From: a virus
Lineage: Duplodnaviria; Caudoviricetes
DNA: 62,167 nucleotides
Reading direction: 5' to 3' (one strand)
IMG/VR virus record: IMGVR_UViG_3300037485_002384
Location: 1 to 62,167 of that record
The notes under the pieces were generated by a model, which worked only from the letters and a program-made list of their open reading frames with translations, was not told the DNA's origin and did not search any database. The position numbers were made by a program, and so were the translations under genes. Positions 9,451-19,868 of this stretch are shown piece by piece (the stretch's first letter is position 1; every line of letters begins with the position of its first letter).

Positions 9451-9857
9451 TAAACAAATTATTAGTATCAGTTATATGGGTTATATATGCCATATATGAA
9501 GGTCAGAGAGAGGCGTATTATTATCAAGCTATAAGTGTGTTTAATCTAAAAAGATCCAACATACATTGGATATATGCTCTTCAGAGAGGTTTATTCCTAG
9601 TAGTCATGGGATTGCTATTAAAAAGCATATTTCTTCCGGTAGGACTTGCATTTATATTTCCATTCTTTCATGATGGATTCTATTACATTAGATTCAATAT
9701 ACTTTCACCTATGAATTATAAAAAAAGATTTATTGATCAATCATCAACTTCTACAGCTGTGATGGAATTCAATTGGATTACAAGATTGCTAATGTTTATA
9801 ACAGGTATTATAATATTAACCATTAATATAACTATTTGTGAGTTGTTCGGGCTGTAA
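9414..9857 (+). CDS. membrane protein (start likely MEIV)
   Basis: 3-4 hydrophobic segments, FFHDGFYY. Confidence 0.6.
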   Translation: MAYCKRVFRMEIVNKLLVSVIWVIYAIYEGQREAYYYQAISVFNLKRSNIHWIYALQRGLFLVVMGLLLKSIFLPVGLAFIFPFFHDGFYYIRFNILSPMNYKKRFIDQSSTSTAVMEFNWITRLLMFITGIIILTINITICELFGL

Positions 9858-10635
9858 TAGTGATCATATACAAAATAAGAAATACAATCTTTGTGGGGAA
9901 TGTGTTTTTAAGAAATCTCATGGTGGTAAGTCAAAAGCTGAAGTATACCAGGAACGAGCTGATAAGAAACCAAAGAAGACTTATGAGTTTAAAAATAAAA
10001 AGATACAACAACCTACATCATATACAATTAAAGCTAATATAGTAATATTAGGAAAAGTTATAGGTGAATTAAAGCCAATAGATCTTAAATATTTCCAAGA
10101 TGAAGAAAGTAGAAAGAATGAGATTAATCAAAACCTAGCTGAATTAGAAGCAAGAAGAGATGCTAAGAAAAATGGTGAAGAATTTAATCTAGCTGAATAT
10201 GAAATAAATTCAGGACAGGTGGAGATAGGTAATCATTTACATTCAATGTTTCCTAAAAAGAAAAAGAAGCAAAAAGCCATAAAACAAGTATCTGAAAAAC
10301 AAGCACCAATAGAAAGAGCTTATAAACTTACTTGTATTGATATGGACCATACTACAGAGCCACTTTGCACCGGGTGTGGTAAATACCAAGGTGGTGATAT
10401 AAGACTCTCTCATAGTCATCTAATATCAAGGGCAGACTGTAAGAGAATAGGAAGACCGGAATTAATATATGAAAGAGATAATCTTACATATCACTGTATG
10501 AATTTTGGTATGAATCAAGGTTGTCATGAAAAATGGGAAAATCCAATTGAAAGAAAAACATTATTAGATTATCAAAAGAATATTGATTATATCAAAACAG
10601 TTAATAGTGAAATGTATATAAAATATAATGCTTAG
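9838..10635 (+). CDS. zinc-binding HNH/NinG-like nuclease
   Basis: N-terminal CxxC..CxxC; C-terminal CTGCG, SHSHLISR, NLTYHC..CHEKW. Confidence 0.55.
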   Translation: MSCSGCNSDHIQNKKYNLCGECVFKKSHGGKSKAEVYQERADKKPKKTYEFKNKKIQQPTSYTIKANIVILGKVIGELKPIDLKYFQDEESRKNEINQNLAELEARRDAKKNGEEFNLAEYEINSGQVEIGNHLHSMFPKKKKKQKAIKQVSEKQAPIERAYKLTCIDMDHTTEPLCTGCGKYQGGDIRLSHSHLISRADCKRIGRPELIYERDNLTYHCMNFGMNQGCHEKWENPIERKTLLDYQKNIDYIKTVNSEMYIKYNA

Positions 10636-10846
10636 AGAGATTCCTATAATAGATGTAAATGGAAAGAGGCGTAAATTAGGTTTGTACCCTAAATCAATTA
10701 TATTCATAGAGGAGTTGACAAACAATAAATGCAATATAGTTGTAAGAATACAAGGTAAAGAGATTATATATCTATCACCAAAACCATTCAAGTATTTACA
10801 GAACTTTGTTAATTTTTCGGATCTCGGTCTATTTATGGAAAATTAA
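10628..10846 (+). CDS. hypothetical protein
   Basis: 72-aa ORF overlapping upstream stop. Confidence 0.55.
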   Translation: MLREIPIIDVNGKRRKLGLYPKSIIFIEELTNNKCNIVVRIQGKEIIYLSPKPFKYLQNFVNFSDLGLFMEN

Positions 10847-10852
10847 TTTAAT

Positions 10853-10878
10853 TATGTGAAATAAATTTCGTAATTTTA
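10853..10878 (+). promoter_or_regulatory. promoter TAATTTTA (10871-10878) with operator TATGTGAAATA (10853-10863)
   Basis: Repeated intergenic motif. Confidence 0.65.
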
Positions 10879-10910
10879 CAAAATGTTAATCTCTCGATTA
10901 TTAATCGGTT

Positions 10911-11183
10911 ATGAATAAAGAAACAAAAATGAATTTAGAAGAAAATGAATACACAACAACATCCTTTCTAGAATTAATGAAAGAGAGATTTGGTGTAAAG
11001 TTAAGTGGTGAAGAATTTACAGGTAATGATGTTGCGCAATACCTAATAAGAGGTTACACACCTCACAGATATGGTAATTTTAAAATAACATCTCAAGTTA
11101 TTAAGGGGGTTCGTATTATAAAAGTTATAGATCCGAAAAAAGAATCTCTTTTAGAGCAAGTAAAAACAAAATTAAAAAAGTAA
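10911..11183 (+). CDS. hypothetical protein (start possibly ATG 10929)
   Basis: 90-aa ORF; CGG leader motif lies 23 nt before ATG 10929. Confidence 0.65.
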   Translation: MNKETKMNLEENEYTTTSFLELMKERFGVKLSGEEFTGNDVAQYLIRGYTPHRYGNFKITSQVIKGVRIIKVIDPKKESLLEQVKTKLKK

Positions 11184-11186
11184 TTA

Positions 11187-11837
11187 ATGGCTATTAATAG
11201 TATAATCTGTATTGACGTTGAAACAGGTGGTCTTCATCCATCAAAGAATCCAGTTACCCAAATAGCTTATCAAGCATTCGAATTAGATACTTATAAACCT
11301 TTATTAGAGTTCTCTAGTTACATCAAGCCTTATGATACAGGGTTAGTGTATGAACCCAAAGCAATGGATTATACAGGTATAACAGCACAACACTTAGCTA
11401 GCGGTCTTGATTTAAAGTCTGTTGTAAAGCAGATGTGGGAAGATTTTAGTAGAGTAACAAGCAGTCACACAAAGAAACCTATCCTCTTAGGACATAATGT
11501 TGGGTTTGATATTGGTTTTATAAAACAGGTATTTAATTATTGTAAAGTGGATATAGCTAAAGTTTTAGATTGTAATCACGATATACCGAAGTCAATCGAT
11601 ACACTTTCATTAGCTAAACAAAAATGGGCTAAAGATGAAAAAGTGACTACTTACAACTTAACAGCATGTTGTCAGAGAGCTGGTATTGAATTAATAGACG
11701 CTCATGATGCATTAAATGATGTTAAAGGAACTAAGGAGCTATTCTTTTACTTTACTAATGGTTTAAGATCAGGTGATACTCAAAATACAGAAGAGACAAC
11801 AAAACACACAAGAATAAGAAATAATTTTAATTTTTAA
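11187..11837 (+). CDS. DEDDh 3'-5' exonuclease (DnaQ-like)
   Basis: IDVETGG, GHNVGFD, IDTL, AHDALND motifs. Confidence 0.9.
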   Translation: MAINSIICIDVETGGLHPSKNPVTQIAYQAFELDTYKPLLEFSSYIKPYDTGLVYEPKAMDYTGITAQHLASGLDLKSVVKQMWEDFSRVTSSHTKKPILLGHNVGFDIGFIKQVFNYCKVDIAKVLDCNHDIPKSIDTLSLAKQKWAKDEKVTTYNLTACCQRAGIELIDAHDALNDVKGTKELFFYFTNGLRSGDTQNTEETTKHTRIRNNFNF

Positions 11838-11840
11838 TAT

Positions 11841-12335
11841 ATGTCAAAGAAAGTAATGATTGATCCAATATCAGCAGAGAATAAAGCGAGAATTAATAAA
11901 TCTTTTGAAGATAATAAATCTGATTTAAGAAGAGCGTTAAGTGAACCAAACCCACCAATGCCATTAGATAGTACAAAAGGTGAAATAGTGCCTTTAAGTG
12001 ATGTAAGTGATAAAGATATAGTGGAGGCATTTACTAAGGATCCTGAAATGAAAAAACAGGCAAACATATCAGCATTTGCAATTCAAAAAGAATTTACAAA
12101 TTGGTTTTCTATACAACAGTTAGTTAAGAAGTTTAAAACCTCAGTACCGGAAGCTGCTAAACAAATTGAGATGTTAATGTTGTTTAATGTATGTGTAGGT
12201 AAAGTTGAAAAAGGGAAAGCTTTCTTTAAAATAGATATATCTCAAAGAGCACAAAGATCCCTTATTTTAGAACAAATAGCTGAGAAAGAGGGTGAAATCT
12301 TATTTTTAAAAGAAAAATTAGGGAAATTAGATTAA
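11841..12335 (+). CDS. hypothetical protein
   Basis: 164-aa ORF. Confidence 0.65.
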   Translation: MSKKVMIDPISAENKARINKSFEDNKSDLRRALSEPNPPMPLDSTKGEIVPLSDVSDKDIVEAFTKDPEMKKQANISAFAIQKEFTNWFSIQQLVKKFKTSVPEAAKQIEMLMLFNVCVGKVEKGKAFFKIDISQRAQRSLILEQIAEKEGEILFLKEKLGKLD

Positions 12336-12403
12336 TTTTTCTTATTTTTACCAAATGAAACAGGTTTAAATAAAACTACCGGTTCAATTATAAATAAACA
12401 CGA

Positions 12404-12802
12404 ATGCTTAATACTACAATTGCTAAGGGTGAACAAGCTAGAATCATTGGTCAAATCCAAGGTATTTATAGCAATGCAGATTCATTATTAAAACCAACTA
12501 TGAATCAAGTTGAGTTTGAAAAAGCTATTCAGGAGGATAAAATATTATTCTATTTTAGCGATGTTGTAAAAAGCTTCTCAGCAGATGCTTTATCTAAAAT
12601 AGAAAAAGAGGAAGATGTTGTTAAAAAACAAGAGATTTTAAAATCATCGTCTGATCAATTAGCATCATTACAATCTGTCGAAGTTGTGTTTGATAAAATG
12701 GTTAAATCTATTTACGTAGACGTTATCTGTTTAGATACGAATACATTCAAAGATAACGCTATTAATAGAAAATTAGATCGCGTTGGTCAGTTAGTTAAAT
12801 AG
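12404..12802 (+). CDS. putative head-associated protein
   Basis: Directly before the portal; several hydrophobic-x-K-[AGS] sites (IAKG, FEKA, ILKS, MVKS); own TATTTTTA promoter at 12343-12350. Confidence 0.6.
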   Translation: MLNTTIAKGEQARIIGQIQGIYSNADSLLKPTMNQVEFEKAIQEDKILFYFSDVVKSFSADALSKIEKEEDVVKKQEILKSSSDQLASLQSVEVVFDKMVKSIYVDVICLDTNTFKDNAINRKLDRVGQLVK

Positions 12803-12853
12803 TTTACTCTAAGTAAAGTTTTCGATATTAATTTCAAAACATGAGTAAATGAC

Positions 12854-14449
12854 ATGGCTAAAAATAAAAACAAACTCTCTATAAACGATATACCAGCCAT
12901 TGACGAACAAATAGCTAAAGCTAATATTGTTAAAAGTTTGGCTATCCAATCTGCACTAACTTCAAATAGTGTAGATGATATATATAAGGCACAAAAATAT
13001 CTTCAAACTATTCAACCTAAAGAGAAAGACGTAAAACCTCAATCTCTTTTAATAGACCCTCAATCTCATGGTGCTGATGGTTATAAGGAAAAGTCATTTA
13101 GACTTTCTTATGATATATTAAGAGCAATGGCTCGATCACCAATCTTTAAAGCTATCATCAGAACTAGAGTTAGTCAGGTGATGAATTTCATAGAACCTCA
13201 AAAAGACAAATACTCCCCAGGTTTTGTTATAAAGCCAAAGGATGCGAAAGTAACTGATAGTGGTATTAAACTAAGTAAAGAACAAGAGACTCGAGTTAAG
13301 GAATTAACTGAGTTTGTTTTAAATTGTGGTGATAATACAAATGAATGGCATGGTGATAACTTTGCATCATTTACAAGAAAATTTATAACTGATTCTTTAG
13401 AATTAGATCAGGCTACAGCTGAGGTTGTAAGAAATAGAGGTGGTGAGGTTTGTGAGTTTATTGCCACAGATGCAGCTACATATAGAATTGCAGACACTCA
13501 CAATGATGAGAAAAATGGTTCTACAAGATTACAAAAGGGTGCTAAGAATGGTTATTTACCATATTATGTGCAGATATATCAATCAAGGATCATGGCTGAG
13601 TTCTATCCATGGGAATTGATATTTGGAATAAGAAACCCATCAACAAGCATATTAGCTAATGGTTACGGTAGAAGTGAATTAGAAGATTTAATTGAAAATG
13701 TAACAGCAATGTTAAATGCTGATCAATACAATGCTAATTTCTTTAAGGTAGGATCTAATCCAAAAGGTATTTTAAGAGTCTCTGGTAATATTAACCAAGG
13801 TCGTATAGATGAGTTTAAAAATCATTGGCAAGCTCAAATGTCAGGTGTTAGGAATGCACACAAATTACCTATCATAGAAGGGGATAAAATGGACTTTATC
13901 AATACTCAAACATCCAATAAGGATATGGAGTATGGTAAATATCAAGAATTCTTAATTAAAATAGGATGTGCTCATTATCTAATGGATCCATCTGAAATTG
14001 GATTTCCAATGCAAGGTGCTTCGGGTAATGCCGGTCTTGGAGGTGATGGTGGTACAAAAGAAAAATTAGAGTACTCAAAAGACAAAGGGTTAAAACCTCT
14101 ATTAACATCATATCAAAATTGGATTAACAAATATATTATAGATCAAAAAGACTCTAATTACATATTAACATTTGAAGGTATTGATGTAGAGTCTCCAGAG
14201 AAAGAATTAGAAAATGATGTTAAGGCGGTATCAAACTGGGCAACTGTAAATGAAATAAGAAGAAAGAGAGGGATGAAGGATGTAGAAGGTGGTGATATTA
14301 TTTTAAATCCAATATTTCTACAAGCTAAAATGGCAGCTATGCAAGGTGATCAACAATCAAATGATTATGTAGATCAAGAACAAGGTGATGAGCCAAACCC
14401 ATTTCAAAAATCATTAGAAACTGATATTCAAAGTATATTTGCTAATTAA
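12854..14449 (+). CDS. portal protein
   Basis: YGRSELE, YNANFFKVGSNPKGIL, DPSEIGF, TVNEIR..GGD portal motifs. Confidence 0.93.
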   Translation: MAKNKNKLSINDIPAIDEQIAKANIVKSLAIQSALTSNSVDDIYKAQKYLQTIQPKEKDVKPQSLLIDPQSHGADGYKEKSFRLSYDILRAMARSPIFKAIIRTRVSQVMNFIEPQKDKYSPGFVIKPKDAKVTDSGIKLSKEQETRVKELTEFVLNCGDNTNEWHGDNFASFTRKFITDSLELDQATAEVVRNRGGEVCEFIATDAATYRIADTHNDEKNGSTRLQKGAKNGYLPYYVQIYQSRIMAEFYPWELIFGIRNPSTSILANGYGRSELEDLIENVTAMLNADQYNANFFKVGSNPKGILRVSGNINQGRIDEFKNHWQAQMSGVRNAHKLPIIEGDKMDFINTQTSNKDMEYGKYQEFLIKIGCAHYLMDPSEIGFPMQGASGNAGLGGDGGTKEKLEYSKDKGLKPLLTSYQNWINKYIIDQKDSNYILTFEGIDVESPEKELENDVKAVSNWATVNEIRRKRGMKDVEGGDIILNPIFLQAKMAAMQGDQQSNDYVDQEQGDEPNPFQKSLETDIQSIFAN

Positions 14450-14473
14450 ACGGAAATTTTATAAATTTACAAA

Positions 14474-15688
14474 ATGTCACATTTAGAAGAGAAAAATTTC
14501 GCGAATAGAGAAGATTACATTCAATGTCAAAAAGACTTGATTCAAAAAGGCTTATATGGTGGTTTGCCATGTGAAGATGATATTATAAGAAAAGGTGGTG
14601 AAGGCTCAAAAGGCGGAAAGATTATAGGTCACACAAAAACAGGGAAACCTATCTATGACTCAGCTTCGCATTCAGCTCATAAAAACTTCACCGTTGATGA
14701 ACATAGAGAGGCTGCAGGTAAACATCTTGATAAGAAAGATTCTTCTACTAAAGAAAGTGATCGTGATAGTCACGAGTTTCAGGCAAAAGAACACGAAGCT
14801 GCCGCTAAAGAAAAAAAATCTAAAGGTGAAGTTGGAAAAGACACTATGAAAAACTCTCCAGCAACTTCTAAAGAAGATGAAACTTGGAATAAATTCAAAG
14901 ATAACACTCGCAAGCATTTTGAAGGTGGTGATAAGAAATCTACAAAACATAAAGTTGGAGATAGTGTTATCGATAAGGAAGGGAATAGAGGCAAAGTAAC
15001 TCATTCTAGCGACGATGAGATAAGTGTTGATTACGATAAGTCTTCGAAAGAAGGTGTAGATTCAGCTTCTTACAAACATCATGAAGTAAACAAAGTAGAA
15101 AAAGCTGAGGGTGACAACTTCGATGGCACTTTCGACAAGGCTATGACTGCTAAAGCTGGAGAAGGTGTTACTCAAAAAGAATCGGTAGAACATGATCCAA
15201 AGGATATGCAAAACCCTAAAGCTTCTGATTTAAGAAAAGCTTATGAGGTACTTGGATTAGGAGATTTGATTGAGAAAGCAGAAGGTTCTAGGGGTGGAAA
15301 AGTTGTCGGCCATACGAAGAGTGGAAAAGCTATTTATGAAAATCTTAAAGGACAACATAAATTATATAATAACTTCACAGCTAAAGATCACTTTGATGCA
15401 GCGGATTTGCACGATAAATTAGGTTCTGGTGGAATCGATAAGACAAGGACTGATTTTGTTGCAAGTAAAATAGGTAACACTCATGCCGCAGCTGCGAACT
15501 TGATGGATGATTCAGAAATGCCTATCGAAGAATCCCCTATTAAGATTAATGATGACGGGAGCTATTTCATAAAACATAATGGAACTACATATAAAATGAA
15601 ATCTGGAGAATCAAAAAAGGATTTTATTAAGCGTGCACAAATTGCTATAAAAAAAGATCATAATGAAGATATTAAAATAACCGGTTAA
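14474..15688 (+). CDS. repeat-containing putative internal head protein A
   Basis: Two GGKxxGHTKxGKxIY repeats, His/Lys/Asp-rich, SH3/KOW-like KVGDSVIDKEG module; follows the portal. Confidence 0.65.
   Translation: MSHLEEKNFANREDYIQCQKDLIQKGLYGGLPCEDDIIRKGGEGSKGGKIIGHTKTGKPIYDSASHSAHKNFTVDEHREAAGKHLDKKDSSTKESDRDSHEFQAKEHEAAAKEKKSKGEVGKDTMKNSPATSKEDETWNKFKDNTRKHFEGGDKKSTKHKVGDSVIDKEGNRGKVTHSSDDEISVDYDKSSKEGVDSASYKHHEVNKVEKAEGDNFDGTFDKAMTAKAGEGVTQKESVEHDPKDMQNPKASDLRKAYEVLGLGDLIEKAEGSRGGKVVGHTKSGKAIYENLKGQHKLYNNFTAKDHFDAADLHDKLGSGGIDKTRTDFVASKIGNTHAAAANLMDDSEMPIEESPIKINDDGSYFIKHNGTTYKMKSGESKKDFIKRAQIAIKKDHNEDIKITG
14582..14690 (+). repeat. GGK-GHTK-GKPIY repeat copy 1 (other copies ~15266-15412 and ~27022-27160)
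   Basis: Protein-level repeat; nucleotide identity with copy 3 (tatgactcagct...gctcataaaaacttc). Confidence 0.85.
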
Positions 15689-15705
15689 AATATAAAATAC
15701 ATAAA

Positions 15706-16023
15706 ATGATAGATTTACGTTTCACAGGTCATATGTCAGGAGATTACATTGACATTCGTTTCAGAACAGATATGATGAATATCGATGATGCTAATTTCAA
15801 TATTACTCAAATTCAAGAAGGTTTGGATTTCAGTTCAAATGATAAACAAAGCCCGGTGTATTTAAAACACTTCTCTGTTGATTTCCAAGAGAAAAACACT
15901 TCACTAGCAGCATGTAAACAATTTGCTATTGATAACGGTTTAAATTTAAGAGCTTATTCTGTTGATGGAACAGTTACAAGTTTAGTTCATGATTTCTCTG
16001 ATTCTACATCTGCCAATAACTAA
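15706..16023 (+). CDS. hypothetical protein, possibly structural
   Basis: CGG leader motif; Ser/Thr tail DFSDSTSANN. Confidence 0.6.
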   Translation: MIDLRFTGHMSGDYIDIRFRTDMMNIDDANFNITQIQEGLDFSSNDKQSPVYLKHFSVDFQEKNTSLAACKQFAIDNGLNLRAYSVDGTVTSLVHDFSDSTSANN

Positions 16024-16036
16024 TTAAAAGTAGAGT

Positions 16037-16885
16037 ATGAGTAATATTAAATCAGGTATCTATCAAATTATAAACCTTACAAACGGTAAGGTTTATATTG
16101 GTAGTACTTGTTCTTTGGGTGATAGAAAAAGTCGTCATTTAAAAGAGTTAAGAAATAATACTCATCATTCTATAATTCTTCAAAATGCTTGGAATAAGCA
16201 CGGCGAAGAAAATTTCAAATTCGAAATCCTTGAATTAGTCGAAGATAAATCTCAACTCATCAACCGCGAACAATTTTATTTTGATACACTAATTCCAACC
16301 TATAATATTTGTAAGATTGCAGGTAGTTGTTTGGGTATAAAACATAGTCCTGAGAGAATTGCAAAAAACATTTTATCAAGAAAAAATATAGTTCGGAAGA
16401 TAAGATCGAGAGAGGAGGTTGAGACTTCTAATTTAAAGTTAAAAGCCACTCGACAAAACGACCCTTCGATTTTATTACGGAATAAACAATCTAAATACAA
16501 ATCCGTAATTCAGCTTGATCAACAGGGAAATTTTATAGCGAAACACCCTTCATTAAAACAAGCTGCTGAAATCACCAACATCCATATTAGTCATATCAAT
16601 TGTGCTTGTTTAAATAAATATAAAATAGCTGGGGGTTTTATATGGTTACACGAAGCTAATTATTCAAAACAATATGTTGCTAAATTAATAGAACAACTGA
16701 ATTTACCTACTAGCTGTTGTAAGGCTGTTTTACAATTCGATTTGAAAGGTTCTTTGATTAAGAAATTCCCTTCTATTAAGGCAGCTTCAGTTGAATTGAA
16801 AATATCAGCTTCTCGTATTATAAATATCTGTAAGAACAAACCAAAATCTCGTAGCTCAAAAGGATCTAAATTTCAATATCAATGA
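16037..16885 (+). CDS. free-standing GIY-YIG homing endonuclease with NUMOD1-like repeats
   Basis: GIYQI..YIGS, LQNAWNKHG, REQFY; two VxQxD..G..I..F.S..A repeats. Confidence 0.9.
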   Translation: MSNIKSGIYQIINLTNGKVYIGSTCSLGDRKSRHLKELRNNTHHSIILQNAWNKHGEENFKFEILELVEDKSQLINREQFYFDTLIPTYNICKIAGSCLGIKHSPERIAKNILSRKNIVRKIRSREEVETSNLKLKATRQNDPSILLRNKQSKYKSVIQLDQQGNFIAKHPSLKQAAEITNIHISHINCACLNKYKIAGGFIWLHEANYSKQYVAKLIEQLNLPTSCCKAVLQFDLKGSLIKKFPSIKAASVELKISASRIINICKNKPKSRSSKGSKFQYQ

Positions 16886-17421
16886 TTCACTACCTTACAC
16901 CATATAGTTTAGAAAAAGATTTGGGGAAAGCTTATAATCAAGCCGCATCTTTAATAACTAATCAAGAAGACTGGCTATGTCTCTTGGACGCTGATACAGC
17001 ATTTTTATCGCCAGATTTCGGACATCAAATTCAAGAAATTATTAGTTTAAATCCCGACGTTGGATTACTTACTTGTGTAACAAATAGGATAGGGAATTTA
17101 GATCAAGCTTATAATGGAATTATTTCTGAAGAAACAGATATACTTAAACATCGCCAAATAGCTTTAGATCTTGCTAAAAGCAAAAGACACCGAGTTAAGA
17201 AGATTCCTAATCCTATATCAGGTCACTTGATGTTGCTTAAAAAAGCAACTTGGGATATTATTGGGGGAGCTCCTGAAGGGAGAGGGATTCTTTCAATCGA
17301 CAACACTATTAGTAATAGAGTCGTTCGAAATGGATTTGATATTTTATTAATGGAAGGTGTTTATTTATTTCACTTTTATAGATTAGATACAGGACGTCAT
17401 AATAAATCACATCTTAAATGA
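16882..17421 (+). CDS. GT-A fold (GT2-like) glycosyltransferase
   Basis: LGKAYN, WLCLLDAD (DxD), ISGHLMLL, C-terminal FHFYR. Confidence 0.7.
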   Translation: MIHYLTPYSLEKDLGKAYNQAASLITNQEDWLCLLDADTAFLSPDFGHQIQEIISLNPDVGLLTCVTNRIGNLDQAYNGIISEETDILKHRQIALDLAKSKRHRVKKIPNPISGHLMLLKKATWDIIGGAPEGRGILSIDNTISNRVVRNGFDILLMEGVYLFHFYRLDTGRHNKSHLK

Positions 17422-18053
17422 GGAAAGTAATTTATACAGCCTTAATGGGTTCATATGATTTACTAAAAGACCCTTTAGTGATAACTCCAGGTTGGGAGTA
17501 TATCTGTTATTCTAATAATAAAAATCTAAGATCTAACGTCTGGAAAATTATTTATATGAATTTGCAAGATGTAAAACAATTAAGAAAGTTAAAAATAATA
17601 ACACCCTTTGAATATGACACTTGTATATGGATAGATGCTTCTATAGAGGTGAGATGTAATCTTGATGACTTCATAAGAGATAACCATCAAAGTTATTTTA
17701 CATTAATGAAACACCCTCACAGGGGTTGTGTATATATGGAAGCAGAAGCTTGTGTTGTAAGAAGAAAGGATAACGAACAAGTTATAAGAGATCAAATGAC
17801 TTATTATAGAAGCTTAAGATATCCCTCTAATGACGGTATGGTTGCAACAGGATTACTTATTAGAAATAATTGTAAGCAAGTTAAGGATTTCTGTGAAAGA
17901 TGGTGGTCTGAAGTTGAGAGATTTTCAAGACGAGATCAATTAAGTTTTAATTTTACAGCGCATCAATTTCCTATAAAATATACTCTAATATCTTTCAATG
18001 TATTAGAAAAAGAATTTTACTTATATTTACATCATAACTCAAAAATATTGTAA
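17418..18053 (+). CDS. DUF616/TOD1-MUCI70-like glycosyltransferase
   Basis: VIYTAL.G.YD, WIDAS, HPHRGCVY.EA, RDQLSFN. Confidence 0.8.
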   Translation: MRKVIYTALMGSYDLLKDPLVITPGWEYICYSNNKNLRSNVWKIIYMNLQDVKQLRKLKIITPFEYDTCIWIDASIEVRCNLDDFIRDNHQSYFTLMKHPHRGCVYMEAEACVVRRKDNEQVIRDQMTYYRSLRYPSNDGMVATGLLIRNNCKQVKDFCERWWSEVERFSRRDQLSFNFTAHQFPIKYTLISFNVLEKEFYLYLHHNSKIL

Positions 18054-18628
18054 TGACAAGAATAGATATAATCAACCATTTTATAAAAAAATACAATTAT
18101 AAATCTTATTTAGAAGTTGGTGTTCAAAACGGCATATCATTTAAAGGTGTCAATTTACCGATTGAAAATAAAGTAGGTGTAGACCCTGATTTAAATAGTA
18201 GAGCAACTATCTATTTAACTTCAGATGAATTCTTTAAAGAAAATAAGAAGACGTTCGATATAATCTTTATCGATGGAATGCATGAAGCTGATTTCGTATA
18301 TAGAGATATAATCAATTCTCTTAAAATATTAAACGAAGGTGGTGTAATATTATGTCATGATTGTTTGCCTTTTGACGAAGATAGTCAAAAAGTACCTAGA
18401 ATGACTAAGAGGTGGACAGGTGATTGTTGGAAAGCTTTTGTTAAATTAAGATATGAAAGAAGGGATCTTAAAATGAAAGTAGTCGATACTGATTGTGGTG
18501 TTGGAATCATACACAGAGGCGAACAAGTAACATTGACTAGATTAGTATATAAATATGGCGAATTTGAATTAGATAAAACTAATTTACTGAACCTTATCTC
18601 AATAGAAGATTTTAAGCAACAATATTAG
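18053..18628 (+). CDS. class I SAM-dependent methyltransferase (Methyltransf_24-like)
   Basis: YLEVGV..G, TSDEFF, FDIIFIDGMH, GGVILCHD. Confidence 0.85.
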   Translation: MTRIDIINHFIKKYNYKSYLEVGVQNGISFKGVNLPIENKVGVDPDLNSRATIYLTSDEFFKENKKTFDIIFIDGMHEADFVYRDIINSLKILNEGGVILCHDCLPFDEDSQKVPRMTKRWTGDCWKAFVKLRYERRDLKMKVVDTDCGVGIIHRGEQVTLTRLVYKYGEFELDKTNLLNLISIEDFKQQY

Positions 18629-18632
18629 TAAA

Positions 18633-19412
18633 ATGAATAAAGCTCTATCAACTGAAGAACTATTGAGTGTCTTAAAAAAACACTTACAAAACAAAACTCC
18701 ATTATCATTAGTAAGATATGGAGATGGTGAGGCTATCACTTTGAATGGATTCAAAGATACAGAGTCTTACAAAATGGTTCTTAAAAGACAGCTAGGTTTT
18801 TGTCCGACAATAGAGGAGGCTGAGGAGATTCGTTTAAACCTAATCGAAGCTTATAAAGGATGTGATATATTAGGATTATCATTAACAGATAAACAGAAGG
18901 GAAATGAAAAAGACTATTGGGCCAGGTCAAAAGAAATTTTAAAAGAAAACACAGAGGTGGATATTTTAGATAAAAAAGATCTTGTATCAATTGACTGCCA
19001 CTCTCATTTCTTAGATAAAAATTATTACAAAGAATTAATGACAGATTTAAAAGTTGTTAATTACATTTCATGCAGGAACCTTGATGAGGAAATAAAAAAA
19101 ACATTTAACGTAAAACAAGTAAACTCATATATAATAGCACCTGAAGCTAAATTCACATCAGGATATACCGGAACAAAGCACTATCCTGATCAATTTATCC
19201 ATATTAAAAAATGGATGGAAAGAGCAGTACCATGTGAGGGTAATTTATGTTTAGTTGGAGCCGGCTTTATAGGTAAGGTTTATAACAACTGGTTTAGAGA
19301 TTTAGGTGGTGTTAGTATGGATATAGGATCTATAATGGATACATGGGCAGGTAAGGCTACTAGAGGTCAGGGGAGAGGATTAGATGCAATAGATGAAACT
19401 CATAAACTATAA
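18633..19412 (+). CDS. GT-D fold-like glycosyltransferase
   Basis: SLVRYGDGE, LVGAG..GK, DIGS..D motifs. Confidence 0.75.
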   Translation: MNKALSTEELLSVLKKHLQNKTPLSLVRYGDGEAITLNGFKDTESYKMVLKRQLGFCPTIEEAEEIRLNLIEAYKGCDILGLSLTDKQKGNEKDYWARSKEILKENTEVDILDKKDLVSIDCHSHFLDKNYYKELMTDLKVVNYISCRNLDEEIKKTFNVKQVNSYIIAPEAKFTSGYTGTKHYPDQFIHIKKWMERAVPCEGNLCLVGAGFIGKVYNNWFRDLGGVSMDIGSIMDTWAGKATRGQGRGLDAIDETHKL

Positions 19413-19414
19413 TC

Positions 19415-19825
19415 ATGGAATATATTTACTCAAAAGTGGAATTTAAATTACTTCTTCATATCATAATGAGAACAGAAGATATGACTCCAGGTAGAAACGA
19501 ACTTGTACCTGAAGAAAATTTTATTCAATGTGCAGCATTAACAATGCCAATGGGTAGGACATTCAAACCACATAAACATATTTGGAAACAGAGAGATAGG
19601 CAGGTTATAGCTCAAGAATCATGGGTTGTACTAAAAGGTAAAGTAAAGTGTATTTTCTATGATCTAGATGACTCTATAATAGCAGAGGTTATACTTAATG
19701 AGGGTGATGCTTCATTTACATTACAAGGTGGTCATAACTATGAAATATTAGAAGATAACACTAAGGTTTTAGAATTTAAAACAGGTCCTTATGAAGGTCA
19801 GCATAATGATAAAAAATTTATTTAA
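19415..19825 (+). CDS. cupin (WbuC-like sugar-nucleotide isomerase family)
   Basis: PHKH..QE..GGH..EFKTGPY. Confidence 0.75.
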   Translation: MEYIYSKVEFKLLLHIIMRTEDMTPGRNELVPEENFIQCAALTMPMGRTFKPHKHIWKQRDRQVIAQESWVVLKGKVKCIFYDLDDSIIAEVILNEGDASFTLQGGHNYEILEDNTKVLEFKTGPYEGQHNDKKFI

Positions 19826-19864
19826 AATAATATTTGTTTATTTAACATAAAAACTTTATTTTTA
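19819..19864 (+). promoter_or_regulatory. promoter TTTG...TATTTTTA with tandem operators TATTTAAAATA (19819-19829) and TATTTAACATA (19839-19849)
   Basis: TATTTAACATA is the reverse complement of TATGTTAAATA, supporting a palindromic site. Confidence 0.7.
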
Positions 19865-19868
19865 CAAA